From Catajapyx aquilonaris (taxonomy: Eukaryota): a stretch of DNA of 48,492 nt. The stretch covers positions 1-48,492 of the forward strand of contig JYFJ02002952.1 of assembly GCA_000934665.2 (NCBI GenBank), given 5' to 3'. Position numbers and translations under genes: made by a program. Below the pieces are notes generated by a model. That model made no database searches. It was not told the origin of the DNA and worked only from the letters and a program-made list of their open reading frames with translations. Shown here one piece after another: positions 10,603 through 22,949 of this stretch; the first letter of the stretch is position 1; every line of letters begins with the position of its first letter.

Positions 10603-13098
10603 TTCACAACAACAATAAGCATGGTCATGCTTGAGTAAAAAGCATATCTCACTGACTGTATTTCACGATATGACAACTGGCTGCCGAGTCGTTTCGCTGT
10701 GGTCACTTTCTGTTGCATTGGTGTATATGTATGGCTTTGGGGTGACCGCAATGGTACTGGCCATCTTGTGGCCATGACAGGCTCGGTCTGTCGCATTGCT
10801 TGATTTTAGCTAATTGCGAGGGTAGCGCTGGGTTTAGTATCCGCAGTATTTACTGTCCGTCTTGTGGCATTGCAGGCAGGCGAACATTATTGTGGCTTTG
10901 CCAAGCTCCAAGCTTGCAGTCGCATTATATCGATTTGCGGTTTCAAGCTACTGACACGTCTTGCCAACCGGCGGTCCAAAACAAACCAATCATTTGACCG
11001 CAGCGAATTGACCGGCAGTGAAAAGTTGTAGGTTGTAGGCAGGTTTCCGCAATTATAGTCATTGTAATCATAGTTGTAATTGCTTTGCCACGGAAATAAC
11101 ATGGCAGTGAAAAGTTGGGCACCGAAATAATAATTCATTGAAATCCTTGGCACCTTGTCTGCCTCGACATATTGGCCGATATGTCCTTGAGCTAGGAATA
11201 GGAGTGAACGATGTTAGGAGGTGCGGTGGGTCGTGCCAGAATTATTGCAGAGTTAGGTTGGGTCTTGCTGTACAGGCATTCACCGAGTTCTGTACCGGTA
11301 GTTACGTCAGTAGCTTCGACCTAGAGAGAGTCGATTATAAACATGCAGACTGTGTAATCCTGGAGAAAATGAACAGCCCTAAAGGAAGAGGAAATACATC
11401 ATAAATATCTCATGACTGTCACACCAGGCAGTTCAATGAACCGCATCACATAATAATAATGTAGGTTGTGTTAAAAAAAAAACTGCCTAATAATCCGGCA
11501 ATAAATACATGCAAGATCAACCATGATAAACGCTGCAAGTTGTCCGTGCGTCTGGTTTCCACATTTACACTATCGGCACTTGTTTAGTCCATTAGATCTA
11601 ATCTCTTTATAAGTTTGTTATCAACCACTTAGCATGTAGTTTATCAAGGGAGAAAGAGCACTTTCAGGTGATGTTCGGTCGGAAGGTGACTCATGCGGGC
11701 TTTGTAGTCAGGTGGATAACACAGGGTGGTGTACACTACAAAGCCGGACTGATGGTTGTCATGCGACCATCTGGAATGAACAGAAGTGCACGTAGCAGCT
11801 GGTACAGGCCAAGTCACAAAAGCGGGTCAAAAGCATACCATTGTCGACAAGCGTACGATTCAGTCGCTTAATGTTGCTTCTCCCAACAGCAAAGGTAGGC
11901 ATGACGACTTAACCGTCTTGGCATTTCGTTGATGGTGGTCAGTGACAGTAGGTCAAAGCTCCGACGGTTTAAATGTCAGCTCAAATGTCACCTTTTCTCA
12001 ATTTGTGATGTTCAGCCATGCAATAATTTAACCGAGGTGCATTCATCGGTTCGAGCCGTAGCATAGTTCATGTAATTGAAATAGGAGGCGAATTCGGTAT
12101 GGATTTTTATAAATCGTGACATTTGCTAGTGCTGATAAGCCAAAGAAATGTTTTTAACACATATCGGCCTTTGATAACCATAATATCAGCAGGCCGAGGA
12201 TGTTGCCGTATCATTAAGACCACGTGTAGTTGTATCGACCAAAAAAATATTGGCTAAATATTTTTATTGCACGAGTCATAATTTGGCAATCGTATTTGCA
12301 AAAATGTGTGACCCAGACATATTGCGGATCTTCCTCCCAGACAGACATCTCGGGAATGTTGCAGTTCGATGGCATATTTACTGATACCGTCGTACTATGA
12401 AAACGTCAACACATTTTTTGGCGTGATTGCCTAGAATTCTTGCCCTTTTGTCTATTCAAGCTTGATATTCGTGTTGTTCGTTCATGACATGCTAGCCACA
12501 ATGGCGCCCTGAATTTTTCAAACCCATTATTTACCCTCTATTCTAAATCTATAATTCAGTTAGACACAGGCCCATTGTTCAGGTCGCCACAATTGGAACA
12601 CATCATTTTTGCAAAATTTCTGAGGTTCTTTTTTTTTTGTTACAGTAATCTAGTTTCCAAGCAAATTGGTCCTGGCTTATTATTATGTTGACCACCGGAC
12701 AAGCATGAAGATCAGGTCTAGACACAGTTTTTCATATCGCCGGGCTTCCGTATACTAATCTGCATGCCGATTCATTAGGCAATATACCCGTTTGGTTTCC
12801 TTTTTTTTTTTTTTTTTTTGTAATTCCTCTTCCCTTGGCTCCCACCACCTCTCTCTTGAATGCAACTTTCACCTGACGTCTAAAAATCCTGACGTAACCA
12901 AGAACTTTCACTTCATCCGACCCTCATTGGCTGCCTATTAGAAAACTGCATTAAATTGCGGTTCTGTGTTTATAAGCACGGCAGATTATAAACGCTTGTT
13001 AACCGCGGTGAGTGCTAATGCAAAAGTCGTTTGTGGGGGAATTTACGAGCAGATTTGGCTAACAAGGTGTGGCTGAAAAAAATGCAGCTGTTTCGTTA

Positions 13099-13337
13099 GT
13101 TAATACAGGGCAGAAATTTCAGTTCAACAATCAACGATGCAGGTTTTTAATCGCTTGTTATTCGCTGTGTAATTCGACTCAATGCTACAAATAAATTCGC
13201 AATGTATGGTGACGAGGCTTATTTTTTAAAACAGTCGTTAATACGGGGCAGGATTTTCAGTTAAACAGACAATCAACGATGCAGATTTTTAATCGCTTAT
13301 CGCTTATAATTCGACTGAATGCTACAAATAGATTCAC
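13099..13337. repeat. Diverged local duplication of about 100 bp upstream of SPPL3
   Basis: GTTAATACAGGGCAG..CAATCAACGATGCAG..AATTCGACT..AATGCTACAAATA at 13099-13199 and 13237-13337. Confidence 0.75.
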
Positions 13338-13738
13338 TGTTGCAAACGTTTATTTTTAGGCTCATCCTTTTGGCTATTGTTTCTATCACGACGCTGGGTT
13401 TCGGCATGCTTATTGTGCCTGCATTTTTGCAGGGATGCCGGAGACGAATCCAGCAGCTGCCGGAGCGCACCTAAAGACAATGCAGTATCACTTCCTGGAT
13501 ACGTGTCTGGCACCCCATTATGTTCCTCTCCGCTCCCATTATCCATTGTCAGAGTGACATGCCAGGCAGGTAGAGGTCACAGAGTCAGTAATGTTTTGTT
13601 TTCTCCTCTTTTTTTCGTCTAGTGCGATCTTGATCTCCCCTCTCCCCTCTCCTCCTTCCCCCTCCAGTGTCCTGGGGATACCTGGGCCACCAGCCCCTGG
13701 GCCACCTGTCCCCGGGTCCCCACCCCCTGGAGGCAGAG

Positions 13739-15832
13739 ATGGCGACAAGCGCAGAGTACCAGTGGGCATACACCATTATGGACTCGTCGCGCGTGTCCAC
13801 CTTCCTGATCTCCATCCTGCTCATCGTCTACGGCAGCTTCAGGTAAGTGCACATTGGTTTTATTATAGTGACCTAGTGACTAAATACGCTTTATCCACAG
13901 GTCGCTGAACATGGAGCAGGAGGCGAAGGAGAGGGAGCGAGAGCGTGAGAAGGAGAGGGTGAAGGCTGGTCTGGTTGCGGGCGTGGGTGGGGTGGGAGGC
14001 GTCGCAGCGGCAGGGTCGTCCGTTGCGGGAGGGGGTGGAGCGGAGAGTGGGGTGCAGACTCTGGACACCATGCAGGCCCTGTGCTTGCCCCTGGGCGCCT
14101 CCATCTCCCTCCTAGTCATGTTCTTCTTCTTCGACTCCATGCAGATGCTATTTGCAATCTGCACTGCAAGTAAGTCGATTCAGAGGTTAAAACTGCAGGA
14201 TATGAATGCTCATTCTCGTTCCCGCCCCCCAACCAGTTATAGCCACGGTAGCCCTGGCGTTCCTCCTGCTGCCCATGTGCCAGTACATCATCAGGCCCTG
14301 CTCAGATGGGACCAAGTACGTAGAAAGCATTTCCGTCGACTTTAAATTATTTCCCCCCTCCCACTGATACGTTTTAACATTGTTGCTCTCGTTCCCAGGA
14401 TCTCCTTTGGAGTGTGCGGACGCTTCACAGGTGCAGAGCTTATGTCCTTCTCGCTGTCCATCACTATCGTGTGTGTCTGGGTCCTCACAGGGCACTGGCT
14501 GCTAATGGATGGTGAGTAACACTCCGGAACTATTGGCGATGCTAATAGTCGACACCACTCCGGTCCTGTTGGTCATACAGTAGAACCCTGATTATCCATC
14601 ACCCACAGACCAGGGCACGGTCGGATAATCCGAGGTCAGATAATCAGGGTTTTCTACTGTACCTACATTGCCCTTTGATGACTTGCTAAATTCTCTGCAT
14701 GCAGCTCTGTTCATGGTTCAACGCAGAAGGCCTACAAAGCCAATCGAAATTTATTACACTTCGATGTGTGTGTGTGCTAGTTACCCTCTAGCATGTATGT
14801 GACAGATTAGAGAAAGGGCAGGGTTAGTTTAAACGATTCGAAGACTGGAATAGCACAGTTTCCACTTAATCTGTCGAGGTAATGCCAGCAGCAAATTCAA
14901 GTAATTGACAAACTGTCAGAAACTGGGAGGTTTGCCCTGAATCTCTCTCCAGCCGTATCGGATACGGCTTAAGGCTCAGGTGTGAGCAATTTATGTGTCG
15001 GATGAACCACCTTAATGTGTACAATGCTACATTTCAGCGATGGGAATGGGGCTGTGCGTGGCGTTCATTGCATTTGTGCGGCTGCCCTCCCTGAAGGTGT
15101 CGACCCTTCTACTGACCGGCCTGCTGATCTACGATGTGTTCTGGGTTTTCTTCTCCTCGTACATCTTCAATGCCAACGTGATGGTTAAAGTAGCCACCCG
15201 CCCTGCAGACAACCCCATGGGAGTGGTGGCCCGCAAGCTCCATCTCGGCGGGGTGGTGAGAGAACCGCCGAAGCTTTCCCTTCCGGGGAAGTTGGTGTTT
15301 CCATCGATGCACAATGCGGGACACTTCAGCATGCTGGGACTCGGGGACATCGTCATGCCCGGACTGCTGCTCTGCTTCGTACTAAGGTCAGTGTTTGTGG
15401 TGATGGATTTGCTGGCAACAACTGGTAACTTGTCCTTTCCGTGCAGGTATGATGCTTACAAGAAGGCTCAGGCCCTCTTGGGAGTGGCGGTGGACGACAG
15501 CGGCGGGACTGGTGGGGAGCAACTGACAGTGCCGGTGACTCCTCACCTGATGCGCATATCCTACTTTCACTGCTCCCTTATCGGTTACTTCCTGGGGCTA
15601 TTGACGGCCACAGTGTCCTCAGAGGTGTTCAAGGCGGCCCAACCTGCCCTGCTCTACCTTGTGCCGTTCACCCTCCTGCCGTTGCTGACCATGGCATACC
15701 TCAAGGTAAAGACACCGCATGTGACAGGTTTAGCAGATTAACCGCAAGCCATTTCTCTCGCAGGGTGACTTGAGGCGCATGTGGAGCGAACCATTCATCC
15801 CACCTGTTCCTCCAAAGTATCAAGACGTCTGA
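13739..15832 (+). CDS. SPPL3: Signal peptide peptidase-like 3, GxGD intramembrane aspartyl protease (413 aa, 7 coding exons)
   Basis: Exons 13739-13842, 13901-14169, 14237-14315, 14399-14511, 15038-15386, 15447-15705, 15764-15832, all phase-compatible (1242 nt). N-term [33 protein letters not shown]; catalytic IYDVFWVF and [17 protein letters not shown]-term [11 protein letters not shown] typical of SPPL3. Confidence 0.96.
14578..14659. mobile_element. 82-bp mini-MITE in SPPL3 intron 4, TA target duplication
   Basis: TA|CAGTAGAACCCTGATTATC ... GATAATCAGGGTTTTCTACTG|TA. Confidence 0.8.
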
Positions 15833-17544
15833 CGCTGGCGGCCAATCACACGTACGTGGTAGTTTGAAAAAAAAAGTTCCCTGCCCCTCCGTTGTGTTTT
15901 TTTAAAATAATTGTGGCGCATACACACGTTACATCCCATACTTTTCATCTTCTACTTCCAAGTAGCAAAACATTTTTTTATTACGATATTCATTTACTTA
16001 ACGTGTGTCTTCATCTCTGGGACAAGATGTGCGTCAGTGCGGACAGACTATGAAATATATATATTAAAAAATTGTGCGTGGCTAGTGGACTAGGCTGAAG
16101 AAACGAAGGCCTCTAAATAACGTTTTTCTTTTTTGGTGCATTTAAATGTGTCCAGGAAAAAGACTGTACATAAGTGAACAGTGGAATACTCAGTTAATTT
16201 TTTATTTTTTTTCTGCCATCCCCCGACTTCCTTCACTCCCTTCTTCCAAAAAAAAAAAATGATCAGTGACAATCTCATGGTTGCAGATTTATCTTTGGAC
16301 AAAATCAATTGCAAATTTGTAAGATAAAACAAGTGTATGTCCTTTTCTTTTTTATGATTTGTGTAAACTGTTTTTTTTGCAGGAATGATAATGTGATTTT
16401 AGTTTTTTAAGGTAGAAATGCGATGATAATTGTGGGGAAAGGAAAAATAATGTGGAATCACATGGACCGGTTTTTTTTCTCCTGACTGCCAAGATTTGGG
16501 TCTAACCTTTTTTTCTGCATTTTTTGTGTGTGCGTACGTCCCATTGCGTGTTTGTTTCGTCTAGTCCCATTTTTGCACATTTACTTAATGTGGACAGTTG
16601 CGAGATCCATCGGATGCACAGCCGTCCTAAATCGACGGGGAAATTGTCAAATTTTTTGTACTGCATAGGGGGACGTTCAGGGACTTCCGCTTCCGGACCA
16701 ACAGATCCGGACAAAATGTGTTACCCGTTTTTTTGATAAATATATCAAACATAGTGCTGCAGTTGTATGACTGAAATCTGACTTGACTGATTGTCAAAAC
16801 AGCTAGGTTGTCACCAATTTTTTATAAAGCAAAAAAAGTATTGTAGCAATAATGTAGTGTAAAATGCACCAAATTTTTTTTTGTTCCTGGTAGTTTTTTT
16901 TTTGCACGTTGGTTTGGAAAAAATATTTATGCAGAGCCTTTGATGCAACGCTACCAAGATTTATGTTGGCTCATTTGGTCGGCATGGTATTTTTTTTTTA
17001 ATTTAAAAAAAAAAATGTATTACCCCCGTCACAAGTCTTCCCGCGTTTGCAACAACAGGGACATGTGATTCCATTCGCTGGTTGTGTGTCTAGATTTTTT
17101 GGAGGAAAAAAAATAATAATTTGTAATGTTAGATGACTGGAAAAATCTGGGCTCTATTTCCTCTCCTGTAGTACACTAGGGAAATATTTTGGCGTTGTGG
17201 TTACCCCCCCGTTTAAACGAACTAAACAGTTAAAAAAGAAGACTCACAAGCTGCATAACTGCCTCAGGAGATGTGTTTGTTTTCCCCGCCCCCCTCTCCC
17301 GCCCGAAATGAAGAAATTTTCATTTTTTGATTTTATACTCACAATGGTGTTGATGCAAAAAATATGGATGATAATGGCGTAACTCCCATTTTTTTTCCGC
17401 CCCTCCCTGATCCAGTGATGGAAAAATACATGTGTGAATGAAGTTTTTTGGGTTTATTATTGGTGGGAGTGACAGACGTACTCTTCAGTAAATTTATTTT
17501 GATAAGACATTGCCGCTGAATTTAATCACAAATGTTTGACAGAA

Positions 17545-18644
17545 TTAGTCCAGGTCAATGTCGTCGTACTGGTTATCCAAAGGACTGGTGATGTGCTTGA
17601 GCTTCTTGGCCAGAAATCGTGGGCTGCACAGAATCTCGTACTCCTCAGGGGCCGTTGTGTTGTAGATGTTGTCATCACAGCAACCCAGTGGCCACCTGGA
17701 AAGTGATGGATTAGCCGATTGCAACATATGCTGAAGGTGTCTTACTTGAAGACGTTGCATCCTGTAACGGGGTATTCCATCCTGAAGCATCGAGAACGGA
17801 GTATGTCGAAGTAAAGTGTGCCCACGACGCTGCTTACGAGGTCGGACGAGTTCATCAGGCACTTGTAAAATGCCATATCGCACTCGCAAGCACTCCTAAA
17901 GGGTTAATCCGATTGTGTTAAAAAGTGTGCCAGTTTCATTTTACTTGTGATCTCTCCACAGTCTGACTCACATGGTGTAACTCATAGGATTGCAGATAGT
18001 GTAGTTGCAGCCTCCTGCTGGAATGCTGTCCGGACAGTGGTCGTGAGTGCGGCAGCAGCTGTCCGTTGTGTTGTAGAAGCCCAGCTCATCGTATTTCTTG
18101 GCCATTGATCCATCACCGCACCAGAAGGTACCTGTTGTGCACATACTGTGAGTGACCAGCAGAGAATTTTTATGCAGGGAACGACCATGAACAATGAGGT
18201 GATGTCACTTTATGTGCATGGATAATAGCAGTAATAGTCGGGCAATGAACTGCTGTTAGATAGCAAATGATTTTGCAACATGCACAATGTACGATGAATT
18301 TTTTTTTGAACAAATTCAACGATAATGTGTGTACCTGGGAAGATGAATCTGAGATCCAGGAACTGGATGTTGAACGATAGCAGGTTGTGTTTGATGATTG
18401 CCTTGACATAAAGGCAGATGATCTTGTTGAACGGTTCTACCAGCTTATCCGGGAAGGGTTCCTGGATGTCCTTAACAATCCTGCCAATCAGAGTGTCCAC
18501 CAGTCTCTGGTAGATGAAGTTGCAGCTGTCATCTTCAAGGTCGACCAGGTCTTTCGGGACATCCACAATGCCCTTGGGGACAACGTTGATGGCACCGGCA
18601 AGGGCCAAGCTGGACACGACAATCACCACTACGTTGACCTTCAT
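17545..18644 (-). CDS. Secreted group III (bee/scorpion-type) phospholipase A2, paralog 1 (256 aa, 4 exons)
   Basis: Exons 18644-18335, 18131-17972, 17895-17746, 17695-17545. Signal MKVNVVVIVVSSLALAGA, propeptide, then FIFPGTFWCGDG, CCRTHDHC, CECD, VGTLYFD; TATATAAA (minus) at 18684-18677. Confidence 0.93.
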
Positions 18645-18900
18645 TGTAGGACTGCTGATGTTGCAAATGTGATGCGTTTATATACCTGCCGTTACGCAAT
18701 GGTAATTTTGTAACTAATCTCTATCGGTAGATACAGCCAGTGGGGACAAAGAGGACAGTGAGTGTCGCATGTGAGCGAAGGTTATGCTAGCAGGAAAAAA
18801 AGTGATAAGTCATTACCGCAGATGGAGTGAGACCTTGAATGATACACCAAGTCAGACCTAGATAGCTTTATTTCCCATTGGTTTTATACCGGGTTAATCT

Positions 18901-19543
18901 CTAGCGCCGGAAGAACCTGTCTGCAACGGAAATAAATCAACGTCCACATCATGTTTTGGGATTTTTCGTCCTTACCAGAAGCGGGAATTTCCTGCAGCTG
19001 ATTGTTGGGAGTGTAAGTGAAGCTCTGCAGGTAGTTGCAGATTGCTTGGCAATGGGCAGGCAACATGTTCCCACAGTTGATCAAGCTGCAGGGCCTGGAA
19101 GTTACGTAATGTTACTACGCAGGTATTGGGATAGGTCATGCAATCTGCGGGGTGATATCCTTATCAATCTCTCGCACACTCAGCAAGGGGGTTGCAATAA
19201 ATAATTCAGGCAGCCTGAGGATACAAGCATGGTTACCCATGGGTAGTCGTGCGCTACTCTGCCAAGTCATATGTCTGGAGGGCAAATGATGCTGAATTGT
19301 AATAATCAAACCTGGATCTCTGCGGCTGATAACAGACACTTTTTTGTAGGCAGACCTGGTAATAATTTTGCAATGATGAATCTCTGTTTTCAGGCTCATC
19401 TGGCTTGGTACCGGTTGGTCCCATCTCACCCCTACATTTTTGATTTGTACTGAACTAATGAGTACTTACCATACATTGCCGAGTTTGGGTTCAGGTTCGG
19501 CCATAGCGGTTACGAGCAATACAAAAGCTACGAACACGATCAT
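18901..19543 (-). CDS. Small secreted cysteine-rich prepropeptide of unknown family (70 aa, 3 exons)
   Basis: Exons 19543-19470, 19094-18976, 18920-18901 with GTAAGT/GTAAGG donors, TTCCAG/TTGCAG acceptors and matching phases: MIVFVAFVLLVTAMA-EPEPK-LGNVWPCSLINCGNMLPAHCQAICNYLQSFTYTPNNQLQEIPASDRFFRR*. TATATAAA 19593-19586, Inr TCAGTT 19560-19555, AATAAA 18872-18867. Confidence 0.8.
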
Positions 19544-19666
19544 CGTAGGGTACCAACTGATCCGGTATCACAAAACACCACCCTTTTTATATAACCATTC
19601 TGAATTCCAGACATTTATTACATGTATAATTTTATCGTATGACGCATTTTAAAGGAATTTTGTGTA

Positions 19667-21340
19667 CTAGTTTTCCACAAATGACGGGTTGCAAAACATC
19701 TGGATTATCTTAGTTGCATTGTTGTCGTAGATGTACTCTTTGCAACAGCCAGTTCTGGAATGAGGGGTAATTAATTGGTTGTAAATTGTTGGGACCGAGA
19801 ATGTGTGTAATTACGGTTGTTTCTCCTTGCAGCCGAGAGTCGGATGGGTGTATCTGAAGCACTTCATACACATGAAGTCGAAGCACACGTAGCCGACCAT
19901 AAACGCTGCATCCTCTTTACACCGTTTTAAACAACTGTAGAAACTGTCATCGCATCCACATTCGGACCTGCAGATTACATATTATGCAAACGGTGGATGA
20001 ACACGCAAGAATGTACTCACACAGTGTACGACTCGTTGTTGCAAAACCCTTGCTTGCACTCGCCTACAGCATAGTTCTCCTTGCATTGGTCATGTTCACG
20101 ACAACATGCATCAGTCTCGTTGAAGATACCAAGTTTCGAAGGGTCAGACGTGCTGTTGCCATACCCGCACCAGTACGTGCCTGGAAATATGCCGTCGTTC
20201 TTCTTCATCCAGTCCACGCACGATAGACCGGGGTGATTTGACTCCAACTGGGCGAACTTCTTGCACACCATGTTCGCAGCCATCATTCTAACCGTAGGCG
20301 ACTGTACCTTCTCTTGGAAATCATTGGGTATGCGATATTTGCTGTTTCTGAAAAGGACATTGTCATCCCAGATGGTCACCCCTGTGGTCAGGTTACTCCA
20401 TGGGTCAACTTACCCTATTTGTCAACTTATTTGACGGGCCAAGTTACCCCACTGGTCAACTTTACCCCACAAATCAACGTAGCCCAATTTGTCAACTTAT
20501 CCCACTGGTGAACTTACCCCATGAGTCAAGTTACTGATGGCCAACTTACTCCTTGGACCAACTTACCCTATTTATCAACATTACCTCAAGCAATGGCTAA
20601 CTTATACCACGTGCCAAGATATTCCGCGGTTCGAGTTACCCCACTGGTCAACTTACCCCATGTCCAATTTACCTTGCCAACTTATCCCACAGGACAGGTC
20701 ATCCCACTGGTAAACTTATCCTATTTAGCAACTTACCCCACGGGTCAACTTGCCCCATCGTCCAACTTACCCTATGTCCAATTTACCTTACCAACTTATC
20801 CCACAGGACAAGTTACCCCACTGGTAAACTTACCCCATTGAGAAACTTACCCCATGGCTCAAATTACCCCACGGGTCAACTTACCCCATGTCCAATTTAC
20901 CTTGCCAACTTATCCCACAGGACAGGTCATCCCATTGGTAAACTTATCCCATTTAGCAACTTACCCCATGGCTGAAATTACCCCACGGGTCAACTTGCCC
21001 CATCAGCCAACTTACCCCATGTTCAATTTACCTTGCCAACTTATCCCACATGACAAGTTACCTCAATGGACAACTTATCCCATTGAGCAACTTACCCCAT
21101 GGCTCAAATTACCCCACGGGTCAAACTTGCCCCTTCGGCCAACTTACCCCATGTCCAATTTACCTTCCCAACTTATCCCACAGGGCAAGTTACCCCCAGT
21201 TGTCAGCTTATTTGACGGGCCAAGTTACCCCAATGGTCAAGTTACCCCGGTTGGACTTACAGCATGAAGTCGACACATTCTTCTGGTGTTACTAAGACGA
21301 CGGTCATAAGTACCGTAGTTAGTACGACCAGAAATTGCAT
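19667..21340 (-). CDS. Secreted group III phospholipase A2, paralog 2 (215 aa, 4 exons)
   Basis: Exons 21340-21261, 20347-20021, 19967-19815, 19754-19667. Signal [48 protein letters not shown] in place of GxxYFD; AATAAA at 19619-19614. Confidence 0.92.
20385..21250. repeat. Degenerate satellite of (GT)CAACTTACCCCA units filling PLA2-2 intron 1
   Basis: Dozens of CAACTTACCC/AAGTTACCCC/AACTTATCCC motifs at roughly 15-18-bp spacing, with higher-order duplication (e.g. 20645-20745 vs 20874-20970). Confidence 0.85.
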
Positions 21341-21522
21341 GTTGCTCGTACCTGTGCACATTCTGACTGGACTGCAGGTGTTTTGAGCACAGGTGTTAAA
21401 CACCTGCTAATGATATTTCGCAAAATATGTCTAGTGAAACCTGGTATACTGACGTGTACTGAGTTGATGCATATGTGAATTAATAATTAGATGGTTACAT
21501 ATATTTTTAAATTTATTTATTT

Positions 21523-22949
21523 TTATTTAAGCTGATTGGTGCTTGTGATGTTTTGCGTGAAGGATGGGTTGCAAAACAGCTGGATTGTCTCGGGGGCATT
21601 GTTGTCGTAATTGTAGTCTGTGCAACAGCCGGTTCTGAAATTAACCTTCTTGTTAGTTAACCGCTTGTTAAAATATGTTAATGTTAATATTACGGATGTT
21701 CTTCCTTGCATCCTAGTGTCGGATGGGTGTATCTAAAGCACTGTATGCCAATAATGTCGAAGTACAGGTACCCCACAAGCGTCGTTGCGTCGTCATTGGC
21801 TTGCTTCAGACAACCGTAGAACTTTTCGTCGCAACTGCATTCGGATCTGTCACAACAGTGTTGGCATTGTAGTCAACAATGTTTCTATAGAACTGGTAGA
21901 CACATGACCTTGACGCAGTACCTTTGAACACACATGTTGCTGTAATTAACTCTTAACAAATACTCACATAGTGAATGGCTCGTTGTTGCAAAACCCCTGC
22001 TTGCACTCGCCTGACATAAAGTACTCCTGACATTGGTCGTGTTCGCGACAACAATAGTCAGTCTCACTGAAGACACCAAGTTGGGTTGCGTCGGACGAAG
22101 AGTTACCGGTACCGCACCAGTACGTGCCTGGTAACATTGCGTCGTCCTTCTTCATTGAGTCCACGAAGTACAGACCGGGGTGCCTTGACTCCAGGAAGTT
22201 GAACTCGTCACACACCAGGTTCAGAGCCAAGGTTCTGAGAAAGGAGATGGTCACCTTCTGGAGGAAGATCCTGGATATGAGTGTGTCGTTTTGTCTGGAA
22301 AGGAAGGTGGATGAACCCTGCTGGTGGTCAAGTTAACCCCATGGCCAACAGTGAGCAGCAAATGGCACACACAAAAAAGTCGGGTCCTCGGAAAGGTTTG
22401 TGTTGGTGTATCTGTATGGCTTTTGGGTGACTGCACCAGTACTGTCCGTCTCATGGCCCTGCCAGGCACGGTCTGTCCTGCCGGATAATTTTACTTAAAT
22501 GGGTTCTGTTCACGCTCGTCTTCAGGTCAACGAATGTTAATGTGTCGCCCTGCCAGGCACGGTCTGTCCTGTCCAATAATTTTACTTGGGTTGCGTTCAC
22601 GCTCGTCTTCAGGACAACGAATGTTATTGTGGCCCTGCCAGGCACGGTCTGTCCTGTCCAATAATTTTACTTTGGTTGTGTTTACGCTCGTCTTCAGGTC
22701 AACGAACGTATTGTGGCCCTGCCAGGCACGGTCTGTCGCTTTGTCCTACCCGATAATTTTAATTAAGTGGGATGTGTTCACGCTCGTCTTCAGGTCAACG
22801 AACATTATTGTGGCTTTGCCATGCACAATTGCCAATTTTGCCTAGATTTCCGGTACTTACAGCAGGAATGTCTTGCACTCGTCGAGATTTCCCGTGACGG
22901 TTACGACGAATGTGAGTACGATCCAAAATTTGTGAATACTGACACACAT
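21523..22949 (-). CDS. Secreted group III phospholipase A2, paralog 3 (226 aa, 4 exons)
   Basis: Exons 22949-22861, 22294-21968, 21846-21694, 21634-21523; exons 2 and 3 have the same lengths as in paralog 2 (327 and 153 nt). [30 protein letters not shown]. Confidence 0.93.
22454..22820. repeat. About 85-95-bp tandem minisatellite (4+ copies) in PLA2-3 intron 1
   Basis: Unit GCCCTGCCAGGCACGGTCTGTCCTG..TAATTTTACT..TTCACGCTCGTCTTCAGGTCAACGAA starting near 22457, 22547, 22632 and 22716. Confidence 0.9.

Noticed and set aside
10610..12700. Short ORFs between the microsatellites and SPPL3
   Set aside because: No coherent exon chain or motif; may be decayed repeat or SPPL3 5' intron (possible donor near 8843), which I cannot support.
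20314..21295. PTYP-repeat ORFs on the plus strand
   Set aside because: Products of the intronic satellite, antisense to PLA2-2.
22454..22820. CRISPR-like array
   Set aside because: Units are contiguous tandem copies without unique spacers, inside a eukaryotic intron, with no cas genes.
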